Origin: Macrostomum hystrix
Taxonomy: Eukaryota; Animalia; Platyhelminthes
Assembly: GCA_950097015.1 (NCBI GenBank)
Contig: CATNEN010000012.1
Span: forward strand, 992,001 to 1,056,000
Length of the DNA stretch: 64,000 bases
Direction: 5' to 3'
In this document: piece after piece, positions 62,093-64,000 of the stretch
How positions within the stretch are numbered: the stretch's first letter is position 1
Layout: every line of letters starts with the position of its first letter
Notes under the pieces: model-generated
Seen by the model: only the letters and a program-made list of their open reading frames with translations
Database searches by the model: none
Told to the model about the DNA's origin: nothing
Position numbers and translations under genes: made by a program

Positions 62093-63186
62093 CTCCTTGG
62101 TGAAAACTGATTTCTTGGTAAAAAGAAATTTAGGAATTCTTTTTGGATAAAGTTTAGAGCGAAACGCAGACAGAAAAAGAGCAGTTTTGAGTAAGAAACT
62201 GTTGCTTAGCCGTTCTGTTTATCTTATTCAATTGCGACACTGCACGAAAGTGTTTACCCGCAGTTGCCAGGTGAGACTAAAGCTTTGGATGGCGAGTGAG
62301 AGAAATCTTAGAGACGCTAGCCTTTTCAATTAGCCATTGTGCCGAGCAAAAGACAGCAAAAGAGTCCCTATAGTCAGTTGGCAAATGCCTACTCAATCTC
62401 AGCCTGAGTATGTGCAAAAATAGTTGTGCTCACCATGGAGTTGCATACTCATACTTCATCACCCACCCCAGGCCTAACCATCTCAAGTACACCTGATAGA
62501 GACAGGAGCAGAAACTCAGGTTGGGCAGAAGCAGCAGAGGACGGCAGCTGAGATTTGGGATTTGCTGCCTCAACTTTATTTCTATTGAAATTTGATGACG
62601 CCTCAGAGTATATGACCGCAGGCTGGGATGACTGCCTTCCTGCGCACAATGGGGAGGGAATTTAATTCATTCATTCATTTCTGTCAGGTCTCCATAAACT
62701 AGAAGGGAACGACTGATTTTTAGGGATGAAAATTATTTGCAAATATTGTGCCACCTATTTGCAGCTCAGCTCTGTATCTGACAAGAGGTTGGCTGCAGCC
62801 CACTCAAATCACATCGACTCCTGAGCCGTATCCAAAGCAAACGATGAGAAAATAAGCATGACAGATAAGACCTGGGGGTTGCTGGGTGAAAGACAATGCA
62901 GAGAGCCCAAGTGACTAGTGCTCAGAGTGGCGACCACATTGAAATGCCATAGTACTCAAACTGGCGCAGGCTCATGACCACCAAGATTTGTCATCTTTTT
63001 AGTTAATTGTCTTCTCGCAACTTTTTTTGTTTTGAAGACGTGGGCCAGTTTGCATTGTAAATTCAGATTTTCTCATTTATTCTCCTAATTGCTTTCAGTT
63101 GCGCCAAGCACCGAAACTTTGGCGCTCAATTGAACTTTAAATTTATGTTACGACTTTGGGAGCTCAGGTAAATTTTAAAGATAACA

Positions 63187-63830
63187 TTGTCTCTACCTGA
63201 CTCACTCTCTTATCTCTACCTGCCTCTCTTATCTCTACGAGCAACCCTCCTCTCTCTCTTATCTCTACCCTCCTCTCTTATCTCTACCTGCCTCTCTCTT
63301 ATCTCTACCTACCTCTCTCTCTTATTTTTACCTGCCTCTCTCTCTTATCTCTACCTGCCTCTCTCTCCTATCACTACCTGCCTTTCTCTCTTATCTCTAC
63401 CTGCCTCTCTCTCTTATCTCTACCTGCCTCTCTCTCTTATCTCTACCTACCTCTCTCTCTTATCTTTACCTGCCTCTCTCTCTTATTTTTACCTGCCTCT
63501 CTCTCTTATCACTACCTGCCTCTCTCTCTTATCTCTATCTGCCTCTCTCTCTTATTTTTACCTGCCTCTCTCTCTTATCACTACCTGCCTTTCTCTCTTA
63601 TCTTTACCTGCCTCTCTCTGATCTCTACTGCCTCTCTTATCTCTACCTGCCTCTCTCTCTTATCTCTACCTGCCTCTCTCTCTTATCTCTACCTGCCTTT
63701 CTCTCTTATCTCTACCTGCCTCTCTCTTATCTCTACCTGCCTCTCTCTCTTATCTCTAACTGCCTCTCTCTTATCTCTACCTGCCTCTCTCTCCCGTCTC
63801 TACCTGCCTTTCTCTCTCCGTCTCAACCAG
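63187..63830. repeat. Pyrimidine-rich ~21-25-bp minisatellite (TCTCTCTTATCTCTACCTGCC)
   Basis: Directly visible upstream of the cadherin start. Confidence 0.93.
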
Positions 63831-64000
63831 CCTAAGAGACATAATGATACCAGTTTTTAAGACGAATAATTCGGTAAAGTTTTTAGACGAATTCTATTTA
63901 CATAAAAACTCTGACTACTTACTTTTGTCAGCAGTAGTATCTCTCGGTAGGCATGGAAAACTTCCAGCAAAATATCTAACCCTCCGATAGAAACCTTGTA

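Overview
Eukaryotic (animal) genomic DNA with spliceosomal introns. GC3-rich codons, minisatellite-filled introns and the type of ADP/ATP carrier suggest a free-living flatworm such as Macrostomum; this is an inference. Eight protein-coding loci can be built by hand from splice-phase-consistent exons: (1) an intronless ADP/ATP carrier (+); (2) ribose-5-phosphate isomerase A (+, 6 exons); (3) an NPDC1/CAB-1 homolog (-, 5' end not found); (4) an unassigned type II membrane protein (+); (5) a DEF8-like C1 + Rubicon-homology protein (-); (6) splicing factor PRP18 (+); (7) an LNX-like multi-PDZ protein (-, 5' end unresolved); and (8) a ~2470-aa non-classical cadherin with ~20 EC repeats (-, 13 exons, four single-base frameshifts). 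About one third of the window (~21 kb, rough manual sum) consists of ~24 minisatellite arrays, which generate most of the long spurious ORFs in the supplied track. There are two tRNA-derived SINE families and three non-autonomous DNA transposons. No prokaryotic system or CRISPR array is present. The most unusual signals are repeat arrays made of functional-looking motifs: a ladder of 18 in-frame 3' splice-site modules in PRP18 intron 2, 20 tandem 5' splice-site consensus copies downstream of the cadherin stop, and ~55-60 tandem AP-1 motifs at the DEF8 3' end. A templated copy of a PRP18 exon/intron junction flanked by 37-bp direct repeats also stands out.
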